Positions 1 through 7,758 of a stretch of DNA of 20,737 bases are shown one piece after another. Location: the NCBI GenBank assembly GCA_041497895.1, contig JBGQHJ010000088.1, positions 1 through 20,737 of the forward strand, in the 5' to 3' direction. The stretch is from Candidatus Methylomirabilia bacterium. Lineage in GTDB: Bacteria > Methylomirabilota > Methylomirabilia > Rokubacteriales > CSP1-6. Each line of letters opens with the position of its first letter. Position 1 is the first letter of the stretch. A program made the translations under genes and the position numbers. The notes below the pieces were generated by a model, which was not told where the DNA came from, did not search any database, and worked only from the letters and a program-made list of their open reading frames with translations.

Positions 1-812
1 CCCGAGCCGCGCAGCTCGCCGAAGATGCGGTTGCGGCCGGCCATGCCGGTGACGTGGAGATCGCCCGCCCCGCCCAGGCCGTGGACGGTGGCCCCGCGCA
101 TGCCGACCGTCCGGCCGAGCCGCGCGATCTCGCCGAGGGCCTGGGTGTAGAGCGCCGACTTGGTGTTGTACATCGCCTCCGCGCGGCCGGTCAGGACGAG
201 GCCGTCGCAGAGGCCGATGGCGATCGCGTAGGCGTTCTTGAGCGCGGAGCAGAGCTCGAGCCCCCGCTGGTCGGCGGTCTCCTCGACGCGGTAGTAGGGC
301 GTCTCGAGCATCTGCCTGAGGCGCCGGCGCACCGCGGCCTGCGGGGACGCGTAGGTCACCGCGGTGGGCACGCGCCGGGCCAGCTCGAGCGCCTTCGACG
401 GCCCGCCCACCGTGACGATGTGCAAACCGGTCACCTCCGCGATGGCGTCGGAGAGCGTGACCGCCCGGCCGCGGCTCTGGGCGAGCCCCTTGGACACGCT
501 CAGCACCGGCACGCCGGGCGCGAGCCGGGTCGCGGCGCGGCGGAGCACCGGGAGCGCGCCGTCCGAGGTCACCGCGCAGACCACCAGATCCGCTCCCGCG
601 AGCGCCCGCGGCAGCTCGGTCGAGTCGTAGGCGGTCACCGCGGTCGGCAGCACGAGGCCGAGCTTGGGGTGCTTCGCCCCGGCGCGCACCGCCGCGATCA
701 GATGGTCGTCGAGGTGCGTGCCCCAGAGCGCGACGGTGTGGCCGTTGTCGGTCGCCGGCACGGTGAGCGCAGAGCCCATGAAGCCGGCGCCGAGGATGGC
801 GATGCGGGCCAT
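1..812 (-). CDS. gpsA: NAD(P)H-dependent glycerol-3-phosphate dehydrogenase family protein (3' end outside the window)
   Basis: Not in the ORF track; translated by hand from ATG at 812. It reads MARIAILGAGFMGSALTVPATDNGHTVALWGTHLD (Rossmann GxGxxG), then ELCSALKNAYAIAIGLCDGL (catalytic Lys motif LKN) and GLGGAGDLHVTGMAGRNRIFG (GpsA GDL..T...RN motif). The start overlaps the kinase stop (TGATG). Confidence 0.88.
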   Translation of the reverse strand, partial: MARIAILGAGFMGSALTVPATDNGHTVALWGTHLDDHLIAAVRAGAKHPKLGLVLPTAVTAYDSTELPRALAGADLVVCAVTSDGALPVLRRAATRLAPGVPVLSVSKGLAQSRGRAVTLSDAIAEVTGLHIVTVGGPSKALELARRVPTAVTYASPQAAVRRRLRQMLETPYYRVEETADQRGLELCSALKNAYAIAIGLCDGLVLTGRAEAMYNTKSALYTQALGEIARLGRTVGMRGATVHGLGGAGDLHVTGMAGRNRIFGELRGS

Positions 813-2275
813 CAGGCGATCTGGCGGATCGCCGGGTAGAGCTCGCGCCGCTCCGCCAGCAGCGCGACGTACGTGGCGGTGCGCCCCGCGTCGGGTGCGT
901 GCCGCACCAGGGCGCTGCGCCAGCGCCGCGCGGTCTCCACCCCGTCCACCAGCCCCACCGCGATGCCGGCGAGCAGCGCGCCGCCCGCGGGCGCGCCCGC
1001 TCCGTCGGGCACGTAGAGCAGCGGCACCCCGAGGGCGTCGCACAGGATCTGCCGCCAGACCGCGCTGCGCGCGCCCCCGTTCACCGCGATGACCTCGCGG
1101 AGGCGCAGGCCCTTCTCGGCCGCGATCTCCGCGCAGTGGCGGAAGGACACCGCCACGCCTTCCAGCACCGCCCGGTAGAGGTGCCCGCGCCCGTGCACCA
1201 GCGAGAGGCCCACGAAGGCCCCGCGCGCGCCCGCGTCCCAGACCGGGGTCCGCTCGCCCTGCAGGTACGGCAGCAGGCGCAGGCCGTCCGCGCCCGTCGG
1301 CACCGCGGCCGCCTCCGCGTCGAGCGTCTCGAAGGCGACGCCGGGCCCCGCGACGGACCGGAACCACTCCTGGAGCGCGCCGGAGAGCGTTCCCCCGAGC
1401 GCGAGGTAGCGGTCGCACCCGACGTGATGCGAGTTGATCAGCCGGGTGTCGAAGTCCGGGGTGGCGAGCGGCATGATCAGGTTGCCGGCGGTGCCCAGCA
1501 TCAGGCACGCCTCGCCCGGCTCGGTGACGCCGGCGGCCAGCGTGGAGGCCGCGAAGTCGGCGCCGCCCACCGCGACCGGCGTGCCCTCGCGCAGCCCGGT
1601 CTCCCGCGCCGCCGCCGCGGTGACGCGGCCCGCGATGGCGTGGCTCGGCTTGATCTCGGGCAGCCAGGCGGGATCGACGCCGATCGCCGCGCACATCTCG
1701 GGCGACCACGCGCGCGCGCGGGCATCGTAGAGGGGGGCGGCGAGCGCGGCCGAGGAGTAGTCGGTGACGCGGGCGCCGGTGAGCCGCATGACCGGGTAGC
1801 TGTGCGACTGGAGGATGGTGATCGGGCGCTCGAAGCGCGCCGGCTCGTGCCGCCGCAGCCAGGCGAGCTTGGGGCCGAGGTAGTAGGCGTGGACGCGGTT
1901 GCCGGAGACGCGCTCGCCCTCGGGCCCCACGCGCGTCGCGATCTCCTCGGCGACGCCTTCGCTCCGCACGTCGAGCCAGAGGATGGCGGGGCGCACCGGG
2001 CGTCCCGCCGCGTCCACCGCGAGCAGCGTCGGGGCCTGCCCGGTCACCGCGACCCCGTCGATCTGCGCCGGCCGCACCGTGTCGGCGAGCGCGCGGAGGA
2101 TGCGGCACGTCGCGCGCCACCACGCGCCCGCGTCGGCCTCGGCCCAGCCGCGGCGCGGCGTCTCGTAGCGATACGCGATCTCGGTGGTACCGAGACAGCG
2201 CCCGTCCGGATCGTAGGCCGCGCCCTTCGCGGATGACGTGCCGATGTCGACGCCGATCAGGACGGAGGTGGCCAT
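812..2275 (-). CDS. FGGY-family carbohydrate kinase (xylulokinase-like)
   Basis: FGGY motifs IGVDIGTSSAKG, GVAVTGQ, RPAILWLDVR, PKLAWLRRHEP, TDYSSA, GGADFAA, LGTAG, LPYLQGERTPVWD, RAVLEGVA and GGARSAVWRQI. The substrate cannot be determined from sequence. Confidence 0.92.
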   Translation of the reverse strand: MATSVLIGVDIGTSSAKGAAYDPDGRCLGTTEIAYRYETPRRGWAEADAGAWWRATCRILRALADTVRPAQIDGVAVTGQAPTLLAVDAAGRPVRPAILWLDVRSEGVAEEIATRVGPEGERVSGNRVHAYYLGPKLAWLRRHEPARFERPITILQSHSYPVMRLTGARVTDYSSAALAAPLYDARARAWSPEMCAAIGVDPAWLPEIKPSHAIAGRVTAAAARETGLREGTPVAVGGADFAASTLAAGVTEPGEACLMLGTAGNLIMPLATPDFDTRLINSHHVGCDRYLALGGTLSGALQEWFRSVAGPGVAFETLDAEAAAVPTGADGLRLLPYLQGERTPVWDAGARGAFVGLSLVHGRGHLYRAVLEGVAVSFRHCAEIAAEKGLRLREVIAVNGGARSAVWRQILCDALGVPLLYVPDGAGAPAGGALLAGIAVGLVDGVETARRWRSALVRHAPDAGRTATYVALLAERRELYPAIRQIA

Positions 2276-2286
2276 GGAGCCCGGCC

Positions 2287-2292
2287 ATTATA
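2287..2292 (-). promoter_or_regulatory. Putative -10 element (TATAAT) for the kinase-gpsA operon
   Basis: Perfect TATAAT on the minus strand, 11 nt upstream of the kinase ATG, in an otherwise very GC-rich intergenic region. No Shine-Dalgarno lies between them. Confidence 0.6.
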
Positions 2293-2340
2293 CGGGAAGT
2301 GCGCTTGCGGCGGCGGCGTCACTTCTGCTACAAGAGGGCG

Positions 2341-3642
2341 GTGACGACGACGCCCGCGCTCCTGATCATGCTGAGCATCGACGGGCTGCGCGCCGACTTC
2401 ATCGACGACCCCACGCTGCACTTGCCCGCGCTGCGCGGGCTCATCGCGCGCGGGGCACGCGCGCGCCGGATGGTCCCGATCTTCCCGACCGTCACGTGGC
2501 CGTGCCACACCTCCATCGTCACCGGAGTCAGCCCGGCGCGGCACGGCGTGCTCGGCAATCTGGTCTTCGACCGCGCGAGCGGGCGACCGGTCGAGCACTA
2601 CGGCGACCGCACCGACGCGCCGGTGCGCGCGCCCACCCTGTGGGACCGCCTGCACGCGACCGGCCAGCGCACCGCGGCGGTGTGCTGGCCCAAGACGCGT
2701 GGGGTCGCCGCGGTGGCCGACAACATTCCCGAGTTCTACGAGCAGGAGCTCTTCGAGACGTACGCCTCGCGCCCGCTCTGGACCGAGCTGGCCGCCCGGC
2801 GCCTCCCGGTCGACCGCTACGGGCCCTGGAGCAAACACCACCCGCTCGGCCCGATGCAGGACTGGCTCACGCTGGAGGCGGCGCGCCACGTTCTCGCGGT
2901 CCGGCCGCCGCGCCTGATGCTGCTCCACTTCCTCACCCTCGACTCCTTCCAGCACGACCACGGGGTGGACAGCCCCGAGGCCCGCTGGGCGCTGCTGCAG
3001 ATGGACGCGCTGCTGGGCCGGCTGCTCGACAGCCTGGCCGAGCAGGGGCGCCTCGAGACCACCACCCTCATGGTCTTCGGCGATCACGGGTTCGTGAACG
3101 TCTCGACGCGCCATCACCCGAACCAGCTCCTGCGCGAGGAGGGCCTGCTCGAGGTCGACCGGAGTGGCGAGATCTCGCGCCGGCGCGCGTGGGTCGCCGG
3201 CAACGGCGGGTCCGCGCACGTCTACGTGCTCGACGGCGCGCCGCGCACCACCGGGGAGCGGCTCGTGGAGCGGTTCCGGGCCCTGCCCGGCCTCGACGTG
3301 CTCGAGCCCGCGCGCTTCGCCGAGCTGGGCCTGCCCGCGCCCGCGCCCGACTCCATGCAGGGCGACCTGATGCTGACCGCCGACGACGGCGTCCTCCTCA
3401 CCGGCCACCCGACGCCGGAGGCCGCCGCGGCGGCCCCGGTCCTGGCCGCGGCCCACGGGCACTCGCCGTCGCTGCCGCTGATGGGCGCGGCCTTCCTGAT
3501 GGCCGGGCCCGGCGTGCGGGAGGGCGCGCGCCTGGACGCGGTCTCGATGCTCGACCTGGGACCGACCGCGGCGCGGCTCCTCGCGGTGGACCTGCCCGAT
3601 GCCGAGGGGACGCCGCTCGTCGAGGCGCTCGCCGCGCGTTGA
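2341..3642 (+). CDS. Alkaline phosphatase superfamily, nucleotide pyrophosphatase/type I phosphodiesterase (NPP) family protein, probably cytoplasmic
   Basis: Motifs LSIDGLRAD (metal Asp), FPTVTWPCHTSIVTGVSPARHGVLGN (Thr nucleophile), LDSFQHDHG, FGDHGF and AAHGH cover the expected metal ligands. Start reassigned to GTG 2341 (GAGGG upstream) because the track start 2233 overlaps the divergent gene. No signal peptide is evident. Confidence 0.88.
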   Translation: MTTTPALLIMLSIDGLRADFIDDPTLHLPALRGLIARGARARRMVPIFPTVTWPCHTSIVTGVSPARHGVLGNLVFDRASGRPVEHYGDRTDAPVRAPTLWDRLHATGQRTAAVCWPKTRGVAAVADNIPEFYEQELFETYASRPLWTELAARRLPVDRYGPWSKHHPLGPMQDWLTLEAARHVLAVRPPRLMLLHFLTLDSFQHDHGVDSPEARWALLQMDALLGRLLDSLAEQGRLETTTLMVFGDHGFVNVSTRHHPNQLLREEGLLEVDRSGEISRRRAWVAGNGGSAHVYVLDGAPRTTGERLVERFRALPGLDVLEPARFAELGLPAPAPDSMQGDLMLTADDGVLLTGHPTPEAAAAAPVLAAAHGHSPSLPLMGAAFLMAGPGVREGARLDAVSMLDLGPTAARLLAVDLPDAEGTPLVEALAAR

Positions 3643-4418
3643 AGGGCATCCTGATCGCGGCGGGCCGGGGCCAGCGGCTGATGCCGCTGACCGATGACGT
3701 GCCGAAGTGCTACGCGGAGATCGGGGGCCGCCGCATCCTCGACTGGTGCGTGGATGCCCTCGGCCACGCGGGCTGCGCGGACATCGTCTTCGTCGGCGGC
3801 TACCGCATGGGACGGGTGCAGGCCGACTACCCCCGCTTCCGCTTCCTGCACAACACGGACTGGGAGCGGAACAACATCCTGCTCTCCCTCTTCACCGCCG
3901 AGCGCGAGATGAGGGGCGGCTTCGTCTCGAGCTACGCCGACATCCTCTACACGCCGGAGGCGGTCGCGCGCCTGGTGCGGCACCCGGGCGACATCGTGCT
4001 GCTCGTCGACACCGACTGGCGCGAGCGCTACCGGCCGCGTACGCGGCACCCCGAGTCGGACGGCGAGAAGGTGCGTCTCTACCGCGACCGGGTGACCCAG
4101 GTGAGCCGTCGCATCCCGCCCGACGAGGCGCCCGCCGAGTTCACCGGGGTGGCCAAGTTCACCGCCGCGGGCGCCCGGCTGCTCGTCGAGCACTTCCACC
4201 GCGCGAGGGTGCGCTTCGACGGCCGGCCCTTCGGCAACTCGGCCGCCTTCGCGCGCGCCTACCTGATCGACCTGCTCCAGGCCATGCTCGAGGCCGGCGT
4301 GACGATGCACGCGGTGGAGACGCCGGGCGGCTACTTCGAGGTGGACACCACCGAGGACCACGGGCTCGCCTCGCGCGACTGGGCCGACTCGCGACGGCGG
4401 GCGGGGAGCGCCCGGTGA
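3639..4418 (+). CDS. NTP-transferase, phosphocholine/phosphonate cytidylyltransferase (LicC/PntC)-like
   Basis: TTG start overlaps the upstream stop (TTGA). It reads MKGILIAAGRGQRLMPLTDDVPKC (GxGxRL..T...PK signature), with NxxWxxNNILLSL, SYADILY, EFTGVAKF and EVDTTED. 259 aa. The upstream part of the 2238 track ORF is a shadow frame. Confidence 0.85.
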   Translation: MKGILIAAGRGQRLMPLTDDVPKCYAEIGGRRILDWCVDALGHAGCADIVFVGGYRMGRVQADYPRFRFLHNTDWERNNILLSLFTAEREMRGGFVSSYADILYTPEAVARLVRHPGDIVLLVDTDWRERYRPRTRHPESDGEKVRLYRDRVTQVSRRIPPDEAPAEFTGVAKFTAAGARLLVEHFHRARVRFDGRPFGNSAAFARAYLIDLLQAMLEAGVTMHAVETPGGYFEVDTTEDHGLASRDWADSRRRAGSAR

Positions 4419-5461
4419 CGCTGCCCCGCTTCCCGTCCTCGGTGGTGGGCAGCATGCCGCGCTCGGACTTCGTGCGCGACCTCCTCGATCGGCCGGAGGA
4501 CGACCCGGCACGGCCGGCCCTGATGGACGCGGCGGTGGCGTACATCGTGGCGCTACAGGAAGCCGCCGGTATCGACGTGGTTTCCGACGGAGAATGGCGG
4601 CGGCGCTCCTACATCGGGGTCATCGCCGAGATCATGCACGGCTTCGCGCGCGAGACCCGCGACGGCCTCTCGTGGCACACCGTGGTGGAGCCGATGACGC
4701 CGCGGCGGCCGGGCCTGCTCGGCGAGGAGGCGCGCTTCCTGGTCGGCCGCACCCGGCGCGCCACCAAGGTGGCGCTGCCCTCCCCGTACCTGCTGGCCCA
4801 GCGCATGTGGGACCCGGCGCGCTCCCGGGCCGCCTATCCCACGCGCGAGGCGTTCATGCGGGCGCTCGTCCCGGTGCTCCGCGCCGAGCTGCTGGCGGTG
4901 CGGGCGGCCGGCGTCACGGTGGCCCAGTTCGACGACCCGCACCTGTGCCTGCTGGTGGACCCGAAGGTGCGCGCCGGGTTCGCGGATCCGGATGGGGAGG
5001 CCGCGCTCTGCGTGGACCTGCTCAACGAGATCGTGGCCGGCGTCGACGGCATCGTGACCGCGGTGCACCTCTGCCGCCGCAACAAGGCGCGCCAGGGCTG
5101 GGTCGGGGAGGGCGGCTACGATCCGATCTTGCCGTTCCTGCGCCGGCTCGCGGTACGGCAGTACGTGCTCGAGTTCACCATCCCGGTGGCGGGCGACTTC
5201 GCGGTGCTGCGCCAGCTGCCGGACGACCGCCAGATCGGGCTCGGCTGCGTGGACTGCCGCGGCGCCCACGTCGACAGCCCGGAGGCCATCGCGGCCCGCG
5301 TGACCCAGGCGCTGCGCCACGTCGACGCCGACCGCGTCTGGCTCAACCCGGACTGCGGGTTCGCCCCGGGCAGCGCGGCCGACATCCCGATCGACGAGGC
5401 CTACGCCAAGCTGCGCAACGAGGCCGCCGCCGCCCTCCTCCTCCGCTCCCGCCTCCCTTGA
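4415..5461 (+). CDS. Cobalamin-independent methionine synthase II family (core/catalytic domain only) Zn-thiol alkyltransferase, paralog 1
   Basis: GTG start overlaps the upstream stop (GTGA). Motifs VVGSMPR, QEAAGIDVVSDGEWRR and QFDDP; Zn ligands HLC, LEF and NPDCGF. At 348 aa it is about half the length of MetE and lacks the N-terminal barrel. Confidence 0.88.
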   Translation: MTLPRFPSSVVGSMPRSDFVRDLLDRPEDDPARPALMDAAVAYIVALQEAAGIDVVSDGEWRRRSYIGVIAEIMHGFARETRDGLSWHTVVEPMTPRRPGLLGEEARFLVGRTRRATKVALPSPYLLAQRMWDPARSRAAYPTREAFMRALVPVLRAELLAVRAAGVTVAQFDDPHLCLLVDPKVRAGFADPDGEAALCVDLLNEIVAGVDGIVTAVHLCRRNKARQGWVGEGGYDPILPFLRRLAVRQYVLEFTIPVAGDFAVLRQLPDDRQIGLGCVDCRGAHVDSPEAIAARVTQALRHVDADRVWLNPDCGFAPGSAADIPIDEAYAKLRNEAAAALLLRSRLP

Positions 5462-5496
5462 CCCTCTCCCCCATGGGGAGAGGGCAGGGTGAGGGG
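5462..5496. repeat. REP-like palindromic element, copy 1 (CCCTCTCCCC-CAT-GGGGAGAGGG plus CAGGGTGAGGGG tail)
   Basis: Perfect 10-bp stem 5462-5471/5475-5484 immediately after the stop at 5461. Its reverse complement matches 6353-6386 except for a 1-nt loop indel. Confidence 0.85.
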
Positions 5497-5503
5497 CCTG
5501 CGC

Positions 5504-6319
5504 TCAGCGCTTCCGCTGAATCAGCCCCAGGTCATACGGCGGCTGCGTCAGCAAGATCAACCGATCCACCCCCACCCGCTCGAGCCGCGCCCGCTCCGGC
5601 GTGCCGTCGCGCAGCCAGCGCTCGCTCAGGCCCGCGAACACGCTCAGGCCGAAGCGCGCGGGATCGCGCCCCGACGCGGCGTGGGCCTCGCGGGCCACGC
5701 GAGCCAGCTCGGCGAGATCCGGATGCATGGCCTGGGTGTTGAACCCGTCGGCGTGGCGCCCCGCGATCGCCGCCATCCGCGGGCCGAAGCCGCCCACGAT
5801 GATGGGCGGCGGCGGGTCCGGGCGCAGGTAGCCCGAGGGCCGATCGAGGCGGAACTGGGTCCCCGTGTAGCTCGACGCGTCTCCACTCCACAGCCGGCGC
5901 AGCACCTGGGCCGTCTCGGCCACGCGCTCCGCGCGCGCCCGGTCTCCCGCCACCGCCATGCCGAGGGCCGTCTGCTCGCGCGCGTAGGCCATCGAGGGGG
6001 TGGCGCCGGCGCCGATCCCGAGCAGGAGCCGGCCCCGCGAGACCTGCTGGAGCGTGGCCGCCATGTTGGCGAGCAGGCCGGGATGCCGCAGGCCGGTGTT
6101 CAGCACGAGCGGGCCGAGCGTGATCCGCCGGGTGGCCTCGGCGAGCGCGGTCAGCACGGTCCACGCCTCGGGCACGCCGCCCTCGGCGGACTCGTCGGGA
6201 TCGCGCAGGTGGTCCCACGTCCAGACGCCGTCGAAGCCTGCGTCCTCGGCTGCGAGCGCGGCGACGCGCATGTCGGGGTAGCTCGCGCCGACGGGGATCA
6301 AGAGCAGGTCGAGCTTCAT
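5504..6319 (-). CDS. LLM-class (luciferase-like) flavin- or F420-dependent oxidoreductase
   Basis: Motifs AEDAGFDGVWTWDHL, EAWTVLTALAEATRRITLGPLV, RHPGLLANMAATLQQVSRGRLLLGIGAG and PPIIVGGFGPRM...AGRHADGFN. Start set at ATG 6319 (MKLDLLL) because the track start 6346 lies in the tandem repeat. Confidence 0.9.
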   Translation of the reverse strand: MKLDLLLIPVGASYPDMRVAALAAEDAGFDGVWTWDHLRDPDESAEGGVPEAWTVLTALAEATRRITLGPLVLNTGLRHPGLLANMAATLQQVSRGRLLLGIGAGATPSMAYAREQTALGMAVAGDRARAERVAETAQVLRRLWSGDASSYTGTQFRLDRPSGYLRPDPPPPIIVGGFGPRMAAIAGRHADGFNTQAMHPDLAELARVAREAHAASGRDPARFGLSVFAGLSERWLRDGTPERARLERVGVDRLILLTQPPYDLGLIQRKR

Positions 6320-6323
6320 ACGC

Positions 6324-6386
6324 CCCCTCACCTTCTCGCCCCTCACCTTCTCCCCCTCACCCTGCCCTCTCCCCAGGGGGAGAGGG
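6324..6386. repeat. REP-like palindromic element, copy 2 (6353-6386), preceded by two tandem 14-bp tail-like repeats (CCCCTCACCTTCTC at 6324-6337 and 6339-6352)
   Basis: Stem CCCTCTCCCC 6365-6374 / GGGGAGAGGG 6377-6386 with tail CCCCTCACCCTG 6353-6364. It is inverted relative to copy 1. Confidence 0.85.
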
Positions 6387-6391
6387 AGAAA

Positions 6392-7714
6392 TCAGCGGAT
6401 GGAGATGATCGGGACGGCGGACATGCCGGGTACCAGCAGGTGCTGGGAGTTCTCGCCGCGCTCGAAGACGAGCTTCACCGGCACGCGCTGGACCACCTTC
6501 ACGAAGTTACCGGTGGCGTTCTCGGGCGGCAGCAGCGAGAACACCGCGCCCGACCCGGCCTGGATCGAGTCGACGCGGGCGCGGAACTTCTTGCCCGGGT
6601 AGGTGTCGACGGTCACGGTCGCGGGCTGCCCGGGCCGCACGTCGGTGAGCTCGGTCTCCTTGTAGTTGGCGAGGACCCACACGTCGTCGAGATCCACCAC
6701 CGCGAGCAGCGCCTGGCCCGCGGTCACCACCTGGCCCACCTCGACCGACTTGCGGCTCACGCGGCCCGCCATCGGCGCCCGGATCGTGCAGTAGGTGAGG
6801 TTGAGCTCGGCCTGCTGCAGGTTGGCGAGCGCCTGGGCGAGGCGCCCCTGCGCCGCCTCCACCTGCGCCTGGCGCACCCCCACCTGCTGGCGCTGGCTGC
6901 GCGCGTTCTCGAGGGAGGCGCGGCTCTCGTCGACCCGTCGCACCGACTGGGCGACCGCGGCCTGCTGCGAGCGCTGCGAGGCCTGGGACTGGAACACGTC
7001 GCTCCGCGCCTGCTCGAGGCGCTTGCGGGCCGCGTCGAGCGCGGCGTCCGCGGTGCGGTAGGCGGCCTCCGCGTGGTCCATGTCCTGCTGGGCCACCAGC
7101 AGGTTCTTCACGAGCGCGGCGATCCGATCGCGGTCGAGCTTGGCCCGGTCGTAGTCGGCCTGGGCCGAGCGCACCGCGGCCTCCGCGGCGGCCACCGCGG
7201 CGAGGCGCGACTGGATCTCGGCCACGCGCTGCTCGAGATCCTGCCGCGCCATCTCGGTGCCGTGCTGGGTGGCGCCCAGCGCGGCGTCGGCCTGCTGCAC
7301 GAGGCTCTTCGTCGAGTCGTCGGTGAGCGGCACGCTGACCACCGCATTCTGGAGATCGCCCTTGGCGGAGACGACCGCGGCGCGGGCCTGCGCCACCGCG
7401 ACCTCGTAGTCGCGCGGGTCGAGGCGCACCAGCACCTGGTCCGGCTTGACGTCCTGGTTGTCGTTGACCGCCACCTCGATCACGATGCCGGGAACCCGCG
7501 CGCTCATCGGGGCGATGTGCGCGGTGACGTAGGCGTCGTCGGTGGAGATGTGATGGCGCCAGTAGTGCCAGGTGTAGATCCCGTAGCCGATCGCGACCAG
7601 CACGACCAGCGCGATACCGAGCAGGGTGTAGCGGCTTCGCGGCGGCGCTTCCTGATAGGTGGTGAAGCGGGCCCGCAGGCGGCCGGAGATCCCCTCCTGA
7701 TCCAGTTCCGTCAT
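6392..7714 (-). CDS. emrA: HlyD/EmrA-family periplasmic adaptor (membrane fusion protein) of a multidrug efflux system
   Basis: N-terminal TM helix, ISTDDAYV, V.V.DNQ.VK..Q.LVRLDPRDY, a long coiled coil, IRAPMAGRV, WV.ANYKETEL..VRPGQ and GSGAVFSLLPPENATGNFVKVVQRVPV (hallmark of EmrA). ATG 7714 preferred over the track start 7756. Symbol given at family level. Confidence 0.92.
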   Translation of the reverse strand: MTELDQEGISGRLRARFTTYQEAPPRSRYTLLGIALVVLVAIGYGIYTWHYWRHHISTDDAYVTAHIAPMSARVPGIVIEVAVNDNQDVKPDQVLVRLDPRDYEVAVAQARAAVVSAKGDLQNAVVSVPLTDDSTKSLVQQADAALGATQHGTEMARQDLEQRVAEIQSRLAAVAAAEAAVRSAQADYDRAKLDRDRIAALVKNLLVAQQDMDHAEAAYRTADAALDAARKRLEQARSDVFQSQASQRSQQAAVAQSVRRVDESRASLENARSQRQQVGVRQAQVEAAQGRLAQALANLQQAELNLTYCTIRAPMAGRVSRKSVEVGQVVTAGQALLAVVDLDDVWVLANYKETELTDVRPGQPATVTVDTYPGKKFRARVDSIQAGSGAVFSLLPPENATGNFVKVVQRVPVKLVFERGENSQHLLVPGMSAVPIISIR

Positions 7715-7724
7715 CGAGTTCGCG

Positions 7725-7732
7725 ACTATAAT
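7725..7732. promoter_or_regulatory. Overlapping divergent -10 elements (TATAAT on +, 7727-7732; TATAGT on -, 7730-7725)
   Basis: ACTATAAT is the only AT-rich patch in the 44-bp gap between the divergent emrA-like and emrB-like genes. Confidence 0.55.
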
Positions 7733-7758
7733 GGCGGTCGGTCCCGTACCCGTCAAGC

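Noticed and set aside
2341..3642. Calling the NPP-family protein phosphonoacetate hydrolase (PhnA)
   Set aside because: The nucleophile region is PTVTWPCHTSIVTG, a generic NPP type rather than the PSFTNPNN-type motif I associate with PhnA. No phosphonate transaminase or mutase is nearby.
2238..5461. Apparent long N-terminal extensions or fusions (2238-4418, 3707-5461; likewise 10567-12225, 12914-13957, 16587-18533) suggesting frameshifts
   Set aside because: Each real domain begins at a start codon overlapping or just after the upstream gene's stop. The extensions are off-frame readings of the upstream gene, so no frameshift is needed.
5462..5484. Hairpin as an intrinsic terminator between convergent genes
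   Set aside because: There is no U-tract on either strand and it matches a dispersed repeat, so it is listed as a repeat. A role in mRNA stability or pausing is not excluded.
6324..6386. Short repeats as a possible CRISPR array
   Set aside because: The units are 14 bp and directly tandem, with no unique spacers and no cas genes.
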